The notes below the pieces were generated by a model. The model worked only from the letters and a program-made list of their open reading frames with translations. It was not told the DNA's origin and ran no database searches. 64,000 nt of DNA from Planctomycetota bacterium. Lineage in GTDB: Bacteria; Planctomycetota; B15-G4. Each line of letters opens with the position of its first letter. The stretch's first letter is position 1. This document shows, piece by piece, positions 41,019 through 50,037 of the stretch. The DNA lies in assembly GCA_965248575.1 (NCBI GenBank), contig CBDFJQ010000002.1:5120001-5184000 (forward strand), written 5' to 3'. The position numbers were made by a program, and so were the translations under genes.

Positions 41019-42170
41019 TTGGCCACACCGAGTGACGACCAACAGAAGGATCCTGGCCCCGAGCAGGGGGTGGAGATTCTCGACGAGGCAGTGGTGAGCG
41101 AAAGTGCTCGGGAGATCTTCCCCTGCGACAATTGCGGCGCGCGAATGCACTGGGACCCCACGCTGGATGTGATGGCTTGCGACCACTGCGAGCACACGAG
41201 GGCCGTACCCCGGGCCGAGGGGACGATCCTGGAGCGGCCCTTGTCCGAGGCGGGGGATGCCGCCCGGGGGCTGGGCCTCGACCTGCGTGTGATCCAGTGC
41301 GATACCTGTGGGGCGCGGGTGACCTTGGATGGCCAGGAGACGACCGAGACCTGTGTCTACTGCGGTTCGGCGCAGGTCCTGGCCCGCTCCGCGAACCGGA
41401 ACGCCTTGCGTCCAGAATCCCTTGTGCCTCTGGACATCGGGGAGGCGGCCGTTCGCGAAGGCTTCCGGCGCTGGCTGAAGGGGCTCTGGTTCCGCCCGCA
41501 AGCGCTGAAGCAGGCGAGGGCCGTCCAGGCCGTGGGCATCTATGTGCCCTTCTGGACCTTTGACTGCTCGGTGCGCTCCGAGTGGTCTGCGGACGCGGGA
41601 TACTACTACTGGGTGACCCAGACGTATGTGGTGATGGTGAATGGAAAGCCCCAAGTCCGCACGCGTCAGGTGCGGCGGACGCGATGGGAGCCAGCGTGGG
41701 GCATGCGCAACGATCAGTACGACGACGTCTTGGTGGCCGCGTCCAAGGGGTTGTCCGCGGAACTCCTGCTCGACCTCGGTGCCTTCGACACCTCGGCACT
41801 TCAACCGTACCAGCCCGAATTCCTGGCTGGCTGGCGCGCGGAGGAATACCAGCTGGACCTCGCGGACGGCTGGGTGCAGGGCCAGGCACGCATCGAGGCC
41901 TCCCAGCAAGCGCGCTGTGCGGGCGACGTACCCGGGGACACCCATCGATTCCTGCGCGTCCAGAACACCGTCTCCGATGTGCGCTGGAAGCACGTGCTGC
42001 TTCCCGTTTGGAGTCTGGCCTACACCTACGGCGGCAAGAGCTACCAGGTTCTGGTTCACGGCCAGTCGGGCAAGGTGGTGGGGCACGCTCCCTATAGTTG
42101 GCTGAAGATCACGATGCTGGTGCTGGCTGGGGTAGCCCTCGCCCTCGCTGTGGTTGCGGCCAACGGCTGA
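41019..42170 (+). CDS. Zinc-ribbon membrane protein (YdjG-like partner of SPFH proteins)
   Basis: CDNCGA..CDHC, CDTCGA..CVYCGS, GIYVPFWTFD, VLLPVW, VHGQSGKVVG, C-terminal TM helix. Confidence 0.8.
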   Translation: MATPSDDQQKDPGPEQGVEILDEAVVSESAREIFPCDNCGARMHWDPTLDVMACDHCEHTRAVPRAEGTILERPLSEAGDAARGLGLDLRVIQCDTCGARVTLDGQETTETCVYCGSAQVLARSANRNALRPESLVPLDIGEAAVREGFRRWLKGLWFRPQALKQARAVQAVGIYVPFWTFDCSVRSEWSADAGYYYWVTQTYVVMVNGKPQVRTRQVRRTRWEPAWGMRNDQYDDVLVAASKGLSAELLLDLGAFDTSALQPYQPEFLAGWRAEEYQLDLADGWVQGQARIEASQQARCAGDVPGDTHRFLRVQNTVSDVRWKHVLLPVWSLAYTYGGKSYQVLVHGQSGKVVGHAPYSWLKITMLVLAGVALALAVVAANG

Positions 42171-42233
42171 AGGTCAGGCGGGGGACGCAGGAGAGGTTCA
42201 AGGCCGAGCGGACGCGGGCCCGATAGACCGCAG

Positions 42234-44318
42234 ATGCCGGACGCTTCCGACGACTCCCAGATTCCGTCCCCCCGCGATTCCGATACTGGAAACGCTGCGG
42301 AGACAGCACCGAAGACCTCCCACGCCGGGGCCGAGGCTCAGGATCCGCTGAAGCCTGATCCTGCCCCGAGCCCGGAGGCGGCTCAACCGGGGGCGGAAGA
42401 ACCGCAGACAGCTGAGCCGGTGTCGAGCCAAGAGAGCTCCAGCGAATCGGCGACTGCTCAGCCGGCCGCGGCGGGAACGGAAGCGGGAGGTTCCCAGGCG
42501 GATCCGCTGGATGCACCCACTGCTCGGGAGCCCCTCATGCCCCCTCACGCCGCGGGAGCATGGGATGGCGCGGCGGAAAGAGCGCAGTCTGCGACAGCAG
42601 GATCCGATGGCCCTGGATCGGCCGCAGTGGACGCCCCGAATTCCCTGGCCGGTGTCCAGCCGCCCCCTCTCGAAACGCCTGCCTCCGAGCAACAAAAGCT
42701 GCTCGACCCCGGTCCCAAGCTGGGGGCTTGGATGAAGGCAGGAACCAAGAAGGCCAAGCAGGCCAAGGGGGACAAGGGGGAGAAGAAGCCTCCTGTGCCA
42801 AAGGGGGGCCGACGTCGCGCCGTCATCCTGCTCGGGCTCCTCCTGGTTTCAGCCGGCGGCCTCATGATCATCGACCTCGACCAGGTCATGAGCATGGTCG
42901 GCATGGGGGCCGACCTCGGTCCGACCAAGAAGTCGAAGAAGAAGGGCGGCAAGAAGGGCAACGAGCTGGTTTCGGCCGAGAAGCTCTCGGAGAAGACGGC
43001 TTCCGCTTCCACCAGGTCTCCCGTGTCGGCCTTGGCAGAGCTCGAAGCACGATCGCGCTTGCTGCTCGCTGATCACCAGCGGGCCTGGCAATTGGGCGAC
43101 TTGGAGGCTTCGGAGAATGCCTTGTCCGAGCTGAGGGCCGTCAGCACCGAGGAGACTGGCCAGGATCTCCTGGCGCGTGCGCTCGCAGACCGCTTGCTTT
43201 CGGCCTGGAACGCCAAGGACTCCCGGGAAGCAGCGCGTCTCGTGGAAGAATTGCGGGAGCTGGCCGAAGGGGAAGCCAGTCTGGCCGGAACGATCGATGT
43301 CGTGGCCGAGGCGCTCGCCATGCATCACACCTTCCTCCTGCGAGAAGTCTCCGCAGGGCAGGGTTCCACGGCGCAGGGCATGCTCGAGGATTCCTACGCA
43401 CTGCTCGATGAGCTGGACTTGCTGATCATCAGGCCGGGAGCAGGGGAGGCTCGCATGGAGGCGTATGCGTCTGCGCTCTACAACGCACATGCTCATGCCA
43501 GCCAATCTGAAGACACCCTGCGCGCCGTCTCGCTGATCGGTGGCCTGCGGCGTCTCACAGCGGATCAACAGGATCGATCCGTGGTGCTCCCATTCTTTGC
43601 GAAGGCGCTCTTCAATGAGCACAGGACAGCCTGCAGTGCGTTGGCCTTGTCGTCGGCAGAAGCGCTGATGGGGGAACTGTATGGCCTGACGGACATGCGC
43701 TGGGCGGATGAGTCCGAGAAGGCACGACTGGCGCAGGCCCTGTTCAACGGCCATTGGGCATCACGCCAGGTTGGAGATGTCAGCCAGTCGGCGTACTACC
43801 TGAACGAGCTGCGGACCCTGCATGAGCACCCCGCGGGCACCAGCGGTCAGCGGCTTGAGTTGGCACGGGCCCTGTTCAACGCCCATCAGGATGCGGCACA
43901 TCGTGGCGATGAGCTGCTCGGCACGGCACTCCTGGATGAACTCCGCGCGCTGTGCTCGTCGGGGCAGGCGACGGAAACCCAGCGCCATCAGTTGGCGAAG
44001 GCTCTCTACGATGCCAGCCGTTCAGCGCACGGGTGGGGGCGCGATGAGCAGAGCGGTGCGCTGCTCGACGAGCTGCGCGATCTAGCGCAGCGCCAAGAGG
44101 CCACGGATGACCAACGGTTGCAGCTCGCCAACGGGCTCTACAATGCCCACACGGTGGCAGCGGCTGTGGGTATGACGGACCTCGCCGGGCAGTTGCTCGA
44201 AGAACTTCGCGAGCTTGCGGCCATGGCGGATGCACGCCACCCGCTCCGACTCTTCCTCAACAGCAGCCTCTTGGACTCTCGGGATTCGGAGAGCGAAACG
44301 CAGGCGGCGCGCGACTGA
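42234..44318 (+). CDS. Hypothetical single-pass membrane protein with acidic/Pro-rich N-terminus and 44-aa helical repeats
   Basis: Low-complexity N-terminus, TM AVILLGLLLVSAGGLMII, repeats of A(K/R/Q)AL(F/Y)NxH..LLDELR. Confidence 0.75.
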   Translation: MPDASDDSQIPSPRDSDTGNAAETAPKTSHAGAEAQDPLKPDPAPSPEAAQPGAEEPQTAEPVSSQESSSESATAQPAAAGTEAGGSQADPLDAPTAREPLMPPHAAGAWDGAAERAQSATAGSDGPGSAAVDAPNSLAGVQPPPLETPASEQQKLLDPGPKLGAWMKAGTKKAKQAKGDKGEKKPPVPKGGRRRAVILLGLLLVSAGGLMIIDLDQVMSMVGMGADLGPTKKSKKKGGKKGNELVSAEKLSEKTASASTRSPVSALAELEARSRLLLADHQRAWQLGDLEASENALSELRAVSTEETGQDLLARALADRLLSAWNAKDSREAARLVEELRELAEGEASLAGTIDVVAEALAMHHTFLLREVSAGQGSTAQGMLEDSYALLDELDLLIIRPGAGEARMEAYASALYNAHAHASQSEDTLRAVSLIGGLRRLTADQQDRSVVLPFFAKALFNEHRTACSALALSSAEALMGELYGLTDMRWADESEKARLAQALFNGHWASRQVGDVSQSAYYLNELRTLHEHPAGTSGQRLELARALFNAHQDAAHRGDELLGTALLDELRALCSSGQATETQRHQLAKALYDASRSAHGWGRDEQSGALLDELRDLAQRQEATDDQRLQLANGLYNAHTVAAAVGMTDLAGQLLEELRELAAMADARHPLRLFLNSSLLDSRDSESETQAARD

Positions 44319-44420
44319 CGCGCTGGGTCAAGCAGGGTGCGCTTGAAGGGGGCCCTGGGGATGCGGGGAGTCGAACCGGGGGATCGACGGTCTTTCCAGC
44401 CGGACATCGCAGGCCGCAGA

Positions 44421-44545
44421 GCATGAAAACAGCGCTCTTGATGCACTCCTATGCATGGTTTTGCATGCGTCGGTTCATGCATACAGGGCCTGAATTCGAG
44501 GGCCCAGGAGCCCCTCGCTCTCAGGGAACAAGATTCTCTAGAGAA
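44421..44545. promoter_or_regulatory. Putative regulatory region upstream of the major pilin
   Basis: WTGCA at 44441, 44451 and 44461; inverted GCATGAA/TTCATGC; palindrome TTCTCTAGAGAA at 44534-44545. Confidence 0.4.
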
Positions 44546-44657
44546 GATTCAATGCCACGACACCTTTCAGCCGAAGTGAGTGTCCGGACAACAACTCACG
44601 ACCCGTGAAAGCGGCCGACGTAGGCAGCAAGGCGGGCTCGAAGCAAAGGTATCTCAA

Positions 44658-45107
44658 ATGATTAAACCGATGGTCATCAAGAAGGATGGCATCCACGGTT
44701 TCACGCTCGTCGAGCTTGCCGTCGTGGTCGTCATCATTGGCGTGCTGGCAGCGTTTGCCGTTCCGCGCTTTCTCAGCTCTGTTGAACGCTCGAAGGCTGC
44801 TGAGTCATTCAACTACCTCGCTACGGTGCACGCCGCCATGGAGCGCTACCACGCTCGCCAGGGCACGTACGCCACCAGCATCGGCTCGCTCGACACCGAG
44901 CTGGGCTCGCTGGAGTACTTCAGCGTGGGCAGCGTTGCTGTGCCCTCGACGGAGTCTTCGCTGGAGACTGGGTGGGAGCTGACGCTGACTCGTACGGGTG
45001 CCAGTGCTGGTTACGGTGCCTACACCGTGGTGTTCAACCACAACGGTTTTGACACCACCACGAGCACGATCTCCTCCGAGATCAGCCCGCTGCAAACCAG
45101 CAGCTGA
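44658..45107 (+). CDS. Type IV pilin, probable major subunit
   Basis: Class III signal IHG|FTLVELAVVVVIIGVLAAFAVP with E5 and P22; first gene of the operon, followed by a strong hairpin. Confidence 0.93.
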   Translation: MIKPMVIKKDGIHGFTLVELAVVVVIIGVLAAFAVPRFLSSVERSKAAESFNYLATVHAAMERYHARQGTYATSIGSLDTELGSLEYFSVGSVAVPSTESSLETGWELTLTRTGASAGYGAYTVVFNHNGFDTTTSTISSEISPLQTSS

Positions 45108-45123
45108 TCCTGTTGGAATGATG

Positions 45124-45162
45124 ACAGCCCCCGTCCGGCCGATCTGGCCTGACGGGGGCTGT
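45124..45162 (+). terminator. Strong hairpin after pilin (partial terminator or mRNA stabiliser)
   Basis: ACAGCCCCCGTC-c-GGCC-gatct-GGCC-t-GACGGGGGCTGT: 16 bp with one mismatch, weak U-tail. Confidence 0.7.
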
Positions 45163-45193
45163 TCGCGTCTCACCAAGACTGGGAGTCAGACCG

Positions 45194-46645
45194 ATGGCCG
45201 TTGGCAAGGCCCTTCGACTCAAGACCGCAACGGGTCTCTATCTCACTGATGGAGCCCTGGTCTACACCAAGGTGGCGAAGACCCCATTGGGCATGCGCGA
45301 GGTGGCCACGGAAACGATTCCCCTGGGGGACAGCAGCCTGAGCGAGTGTGTTGCCAAGCTCGTAGAGGAGAAGAAGCTCGCGGGACAGATCGTTTGTGGC
45401 GTCGACCCCAAGCGCTTTTATCTGATCACCCGTGAGCCGCCGACTCTCCAGGATGATGAGGACATGGAGGACGCCATGGCCGGAGGCCTGGCCCACATGC
45501 CCGGCGGGCTCGTCTCCGCCACCACGCCGGTTCGCCTGGCCGGCAAGAGCATGATGACCTTGCTGGCGATGTCCGGTGACGTCGCCCGACAGACCATCCG
45601 CGGGTTGGGCGGCATCAAGGAGAAGCAGCTCTGGATGACCGGGGTCCCTATCGCGCTCTACGCCGCTGCGCGTGCCGACCCCAAACCGTCCAGGAAGTAT
45701 GCGAGCGAGGTGCGCGTGTTCCTGCACGGTTCCGAAGCCATGGCCGTGCTCGCCTACGGCGGCACCCCGGTGGCCCTGCACGTCTTCGACTGCCCGCCGG
45801 ACGGACAGGCGCGTGCCTTGGAGTTTGCCGCACGCAATATGGAAGCCCGCGCCCGAGCCACGCTCGGCTTGAAGGGCCTCGACGTGATCTATCTCCACCT
45901 CGGTCAGGAGAGTGCCGAGTTGGCAAGCCGCACGGCAGACGCCACCGGTGGCCACGTCGTCGCAGCGCCTGAGGTCTCGATGACTCCCCAGGCATCGAGC
46001 GCGGCCCTGGGGGCCTTCGGCCTGTCCAAGAAGCCCAAGGGCTTCTTGAATCTCTTCGAGAAGGTCTTCGAGCCAGCTGGCTTCATGAAGAACTTCCCGC
46101 TGCTGGCCGCGATCATGCTGCTGGCGATCACAGCGGGTGTGGGGTTCGCCTTCGCGCACCAGCGCTCGGGTTTGGAGGTCGAGGCCAAGGCGCTGAAGAA
46201 GAAGGCCAAGGCTGCCTACACCAGCGTCGGCATCAGCAAGGACTCGTTGAAGAAGGCCCATGAAGGACTGAAGGAGGAGTATCGCCTCACGAAGTACTTC
46301 ATCACCGATCGGGCGTTCTGGGGCGACATCCTGAAGGACTTCCCAGACGTGATTCCGCCCACCATGCAGGTCGAGGACTTCCATGGGCGGGATACGGTTC
46401 TCTTCCCCCGCAAGAAGAAGCGCGATGCAAGCGTGACTGCCAAGCTCCGGCAGCTCTCGCTCGCCGCGACGGCTCCCGTGGACGCAGCCATCTCGACGCC
46501 GCCCGAGCTCGACATGCTGACCCAGGCCGTGCGCGAGTGTGACAGCATTCGCCAGCTGTTCCCCCGTATCACCACAGCCAATACGCGTCTCATGCCGGGC
46601 GCAGAGCAGCCCATGACCCGCATTCTGCTGACGGTCTCACCTTGA
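45194..46645 (+). CDS. PilM/PilN-like fusion (GspL/MshI-like alignment protein)
   Basis: N-terminal TGLYLTDGALVY strand, about 300-aa soluble region, NLF motif, TM helix, coiled coil, FWGDILKDFPDVIP; operon position. Confidence 0.65.
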   Translation: MAVGKALRLKTATGLYLTDGALVYTKVAKTPLGMREVATETIPLGDSSLSECVAKLVEEKKLAGQIVCGVDPKRFYLITREPPTLQDDEDMEDAMAGGLAHMPGGLVSATTPVRLAGKSMMTLLAMSGDVARQTIRGLGGIKEKQLWMTGVPIALYAAARADPKPSRKYASEVRVFLHGSEAMAVLAYGGTPVALHVFDCPPDGQARALEFAARNMEARARATLGLKGLDVIYLHLGQESAELASRTADATGGHVVAAPEVSMTPQASSAALGAFGLSKKPKGFLNLFEKVFEPAGFMKNFPLLAAIMLLAITAGVGFAFAHQRSGLEVEAKALKKKAKAAYTSVGISKDSLKKAHEGLKEEYRLTKYFITDRAFWGDILKDFPDVIPPTMQVEDFHGRDTVLFPRKKKRDASVTAKLRQLSLAATAPVDAAISTPPELDMLTQAVRECDSIRQLFPRITTANTRLMPGAEQPMTRILLTVSP

Positions 46646-46655
46646 GGTAACAATC

Positions 46656-47360
46656 GTGGAAACGGGCATCGACAAGAAGCAGATCGAGGCAGCGCGCCAG
46701 TTCTTTCTGGGGCTGTCGAAGGATCGGGTCATGCTCCGCTTCGTGGTCTGCCTGGGGATCCTGGTGGTGGGCTGGTTCGGCGTCGTGAGCCCGCAAGCGG
46801 ATGCCCTGGCGAAAGCTCGGGGGACCCTGGAATCCGTGCGCAAGCAGGATAAGCGTGCCAGCGAGGCCGTCTTCTATACGCACCAGGTCGAGAGCTACGA
46901 GCCCTTCCTGTTCAACAGCACCGAGCCCAGCACTCTGCAGGACTACGTCTCACGCATGGTGACAGCGAGCGGGGCGCACATCCGCGGCATGGTCAACAAG
47001 AAGACGGAGGCCAAGGGCCCTTTCAAGATCATCGAGTTGGAACTCACGGCGTATGGCACGTTCAGCGAACTGGCGGATTTCGTGGATCGCCTGGAGCGCG
47101 GTGACAAGGTAGTGCGCTTGGAGAAGTGTCGGCTCCAGGCCACCAAGACGCAGATCATCCTCGACTGCGTCCTGAACGCACTGGTGCGACCGAAGGGCAA
47201 GGTCGTCGCGGAGGCGGGCGAGCAGGGCGACCCAGATGCGGGGCTGGACGATGAAGCCGTGAAGGAGGCGGGGAGCTTCAGGTCCAGCCAGCCGACGCCC
47301 GGCGACGAGACAACGCCGACGGGCAGCGACACCTCAGTGCAGCAGGGGTCGTCTCCCTGA
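46656..47360 (+). CDS. PilO/GspM/MshJ-like protein
   Basis: N-terminal TM helix, coiled coil, IELELTAYGTFSELADFVDRLE. Confidence 0.8.
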   Translation: METGIDKKQIEAARQFFLGLSKDRVMLRFVVCLGILVVGWFGVVSPQADALAKARGTLESVRKQDKRASEAVFYTHQVESYEPFLFNSTEPSTLQDYVSRMVTASGAHIRGMVNKKTEAKGPFKIIELELTAYGTFSELADFVDRLERGDKVVRLEKCRLQATKTQIILDCVLNALVRPKGKVVAEAGEQGDPDAGLDDEAVKEAGSFRSSQPTPGDETTPTGSDTSVQQGSSP

Positions 47361-48205
47361 TGGACTTCGTCAAGCAACACATCGCCCTGTTGGTGGCAGC
47401 CTTCCTGCTGTGGTTCGGCTATGGCGAGTTGAACTCCGAGCAAGCCGCGGAAGCCAAGAAGAAGAAGCTGGAGGGCATTGGACCCCGCTATCTGGCGGTC
47501 CGGCCGCAGGATCAGGAGCGCCGGGTGCTCGAAGATCCCTACCGATTCACGAGTATCGAGGCGGAACAGCAGCAAGATGCATCAACCGGGGCTGCTTCAT
47601 TGGACGAGGAAGAGGGCATGACTCCCTATGCCTCGAACAGTCCTCATGCCGGTGGTGCCGAGACCGTGGATCCGAGGGGGCCCAACCCCAACGGCGGGGC
47701 GGGGTCCGTGTCCACCCAAGGTGCGGATACATCTGGCGCCGGACTGGGTCGTGCCGTACCGCCGGCGCAAGGCGCGGGGCACGCTGGGAGCGCGCCGGGG
47801 CAGCAAGCTGGTGAGGCTGCCGCGACGAGTGCTCGTCGGCCCGAGATCGTCGGCGCGGAGTCCGGCGAAACCCTGCTGCATGCATCCCGCACCGAGAACG
47901 GGGAAGAGTTGCCTCCCATGTTGGTGCCCATCGACCTCTGGGTGGACGCGCTGCTTGAGACGTCGACCGGAGGCTCCGCACGCATCTGCAATGAGCTCGT
48001 ACGCCTTGGCGAGGAGGTCCCTTTCGTGGACGTGGCCGCTCCCCCAGTCCTGCGATCGGTGTCCGGGATGACGGCCAGCGTGCGCTACCGAGGGAACACC
48101 TACGTGCTGGGGCTGGATGAAGTCCGCTTGACGATCCACCCACCGCTTCCGGACGTCGCGATAGACCAGAGCTGGTACGACGACCTGTTTCCGGAGCTGT
48201 GGTAA
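47360..48205 (+). CDS. PilP/GspC/MshK-like hypothetical protein
   Basis: N-terminal TM helix, EDPY motif, disordered linker, small beta domain SARICNELVRLGEEV; operon position. Confidence 0.55.
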   Translation: MDFVKQHIALLVAAFLLWFGYGELNSEQAAEAKKKKLEGIGPRYLAVRPQDQERRVLEDPYRFTSIEAEQQQDASTGAASLDEEEGMTPYASNSPHAGGAETVDPRGPNPNGGAGSVSTQGADTSGAGLGRAVPPAQGAGHAGSAPGQQAGEAAATSARRPEIVGAESGETLLHASRTENGEELPPMLVPIDLWVDALLETSTGGSARICNELVRLGEEVPFVDVAAPPVLRSVSGMTASVRYRGNTYVLGLDEVRLTIHPPLPDVAIDQSWYDDLFPELW

Positions 48206-50037
48206 TGAGCCGCTTGATGCACTCAGAGACGCCGCTCATCGTGCGCCTACTTGAAGAGAAGGGGCTGCTGGATGAACGCAAGCTGTCCCTGCTCGGGGCT
48301 GCGCGGAAGCAGTACACCCGCAGCATTGAAGAGGCCTTGATCTTCGGCGAACTCGTCGAGGAGAACGAGATCCTCGAGACCTACGCTGACTACCTGGGCA
48401 TGAGTTGCTTCAGCCTGGACTCGGTCAGCGAACATGAGCGGTACGTGACCCGGCACGAGGTGGGGGAAGAACCCGCTCGTCTGGCGGCCCTGACGGACTT
48501 CAAGGAGAACTGCAAAGCCGTGGCGGAGCAGATCTCGGAAACCGTCTGCCGAAGTACGCGCGTCATGCCGTTGGCCGTGACGGACGACACCGTCGATGTC
48601 GTCTGCGTGGATCCGACCGACTTCGCTGGCCTGGAGGAGGTGCGGGTGCGTTCAGGCCGCATCGTGCGCCCGCATGTCGGATCGTTCAGCCTCGTGAATG
48701 AGTTCATGGCGCTGATGTTCGGTGAGCTGGACGTGCTCAAGGAGATCCGCGCTGAGGATGCTCGCACGTCGACGAGGGCGGGACCCGGAGATGGCGATGA
48801 TGAGGACGACGAGTTGGAGGTCGTGGTGGACCTCCAGCGCGCGATCCCCGCCGGCCGCGAGAGCCAGGTTTTGCGCATCGTCAACGCCATCCTCACCAAC
48901 TCCATCGAGGAAGGGGCCAGCGATATCCACATCGAGCCCTACGAGGATTCGGTCCGGGTGCGCTACCGCGTGGACGGCACCTTGCGCGAGACCACACCGC
49001 CGCCGCGTTCCCTCTTCATCCCGACCATCTCGCGCCTCAAGATCCTGGCCAAGCTGGACATCGCCGAAAAGCGCATCCCTCAGGACGGCGCCATTGCACT
49101 GAAGAGCGGTGAAAAACGGGTCGACCTGCGCGTTTCGACCATCCCCACCGTGTACGGCGAGAAGATGGTGATTCGACTTCTCGAAAAGGAAGCGATTCCC
49201 GATCGTCTGGAGAAGTTGGGCTTCACCACCGAGCAGGCGACGGATTTCGTCGATGCCGCACTCTCCCCGCACGGTCTCATGTTCGTGACCGGGCCGACGG
49301 GTTCAGGCAAGTCCACGACGTTGTACACCTGCCTCAACCTGATCAACGAGACAGCGGACAACATCGTGACGGTCGAGGATCCGGTGGAGTACAAGTTCCA
49401 CGGCCTCAATCAGGTGCAGGTGCGGGCCAAGGTGGGGCTGACGTTTGCCAGCGCCTTGCGCTCCTTCCTGCGACAAGACCCCGACAAGATCATGGTCGGT
49501 GAGGTGCGCGACCAGGAGACAGCCGAGATCTGCATGCGCGCAGCGCTCACTGGTCACCTGGTGCTGTCGACCTTGCACACCAACAACTCCCTGCAGGTGA
49601 TCAACCGCCTCACGGACATGGGCGTGGAGCCCTTCCTGCTCGGGCCCGCCTTGCGCTTGCTCGAGGCACAACGCCTGGGGCGGAAGCTCTGTGTGAGGTG
49701 CAAGGAAGAGTACGAACTGCCCGAAAATGTGGCGCCGCGTTACGGCCTGGAGCCGGGAATGCGGCTGTTCCGCAAGGGGCAGTCGAAGTGCTCCGCCTGC
49801 AAGGACTCTGGGGTGAAGGGCCGGGTCGGCATGTACGAGGTCATCAAGATCAGCGAGAACCTGGGCGAGATGATCGGCTCCGGCGCGGACATCACGGCGC
49901 TCACGAAGGCGGCCAAGTCCGAGGGCGCCAAGTTCCTCGAGGACGCTGCTCGGGAGAAGCTGGCGCAAGGGCTCGTGAGCCTCGATGAGGTCTCCGACTT
50001 CATTCGCATTGAAGAGAAGAAGGTGGTGACGGGATGA
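48205..50037 (+). CDS. PilB/GspE/MshE assembly ATPase
   Basis: ASDIHIEP, RIPQDG, GPTGSGKSTT, TVEDPVE, LRQDPDKIMVGEVRD, TGHLVLSTLHTN, two CxxC. Confidence 0.96.
   Translation: MSRLMHSETPLIVRLLEEKGLLDERKLSLLGAARKQYTRSIEEALIFGELVEENEILETYADYLGMSCFSLDSVSEHERYVTRHEVGEEPARLAALTDFKENCKAVAEQISETVCRSTRVMPLAVTDDTVDVVCVDPTDFAGLEEVRVRSGRIVRPHVGSFSLVNEFMALMFGELDVLKEIRAEDARTSTRAGPGDGDDEDDELEVVVDLQRAIPAGRESQVLRIVNAILTNSIEEGASDIHIEPYEDSVRVRYRVDGTLRETTPPPRSLFIPTISRLKILAKLDIAEKRIPQDGAIALKSGEKRVDLRVSTIPTVYGEKMVIRLLEKEAIPDRLEKLGFTTEQATDFVDAALSPHGLMFVTGPTGSGKSTTLYTCLNLINETADNIVTVEDPVEYKFHGLNQVQVRAKVGLTFASALRSFLRQDPDKIMVGEVRDQETAEICMRAALTGHLVLSTLHTNNSLQVINRLTDMGVEPFLLGPALRLLEAQRLGRKLCVRCKEEYELPENVAPRYGLEPGMRLFRKGQSKCSACKDSGVKGRVGMYEVIKISENLGEMIGSGADITALTKAAKSEGAKFLEDAAREKLAQGLVSLDEVSDFIRIEEKKVVTG

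Noticed and set aside
40870..41889. 340-aa N-terminal extension of the SPFH ORF
   Set aside because: Pro/Arg-rich antisense translation of the zinc-ribbon gene; a good SD and ATG lie at 40869.
44400..44657. Sigma-54 promoter or c-di-GMP-I riboswitch before the pilin
   Set aside because: No convincing TGGCAC-N5-TTGC spacing or GEMM consensus by eye.
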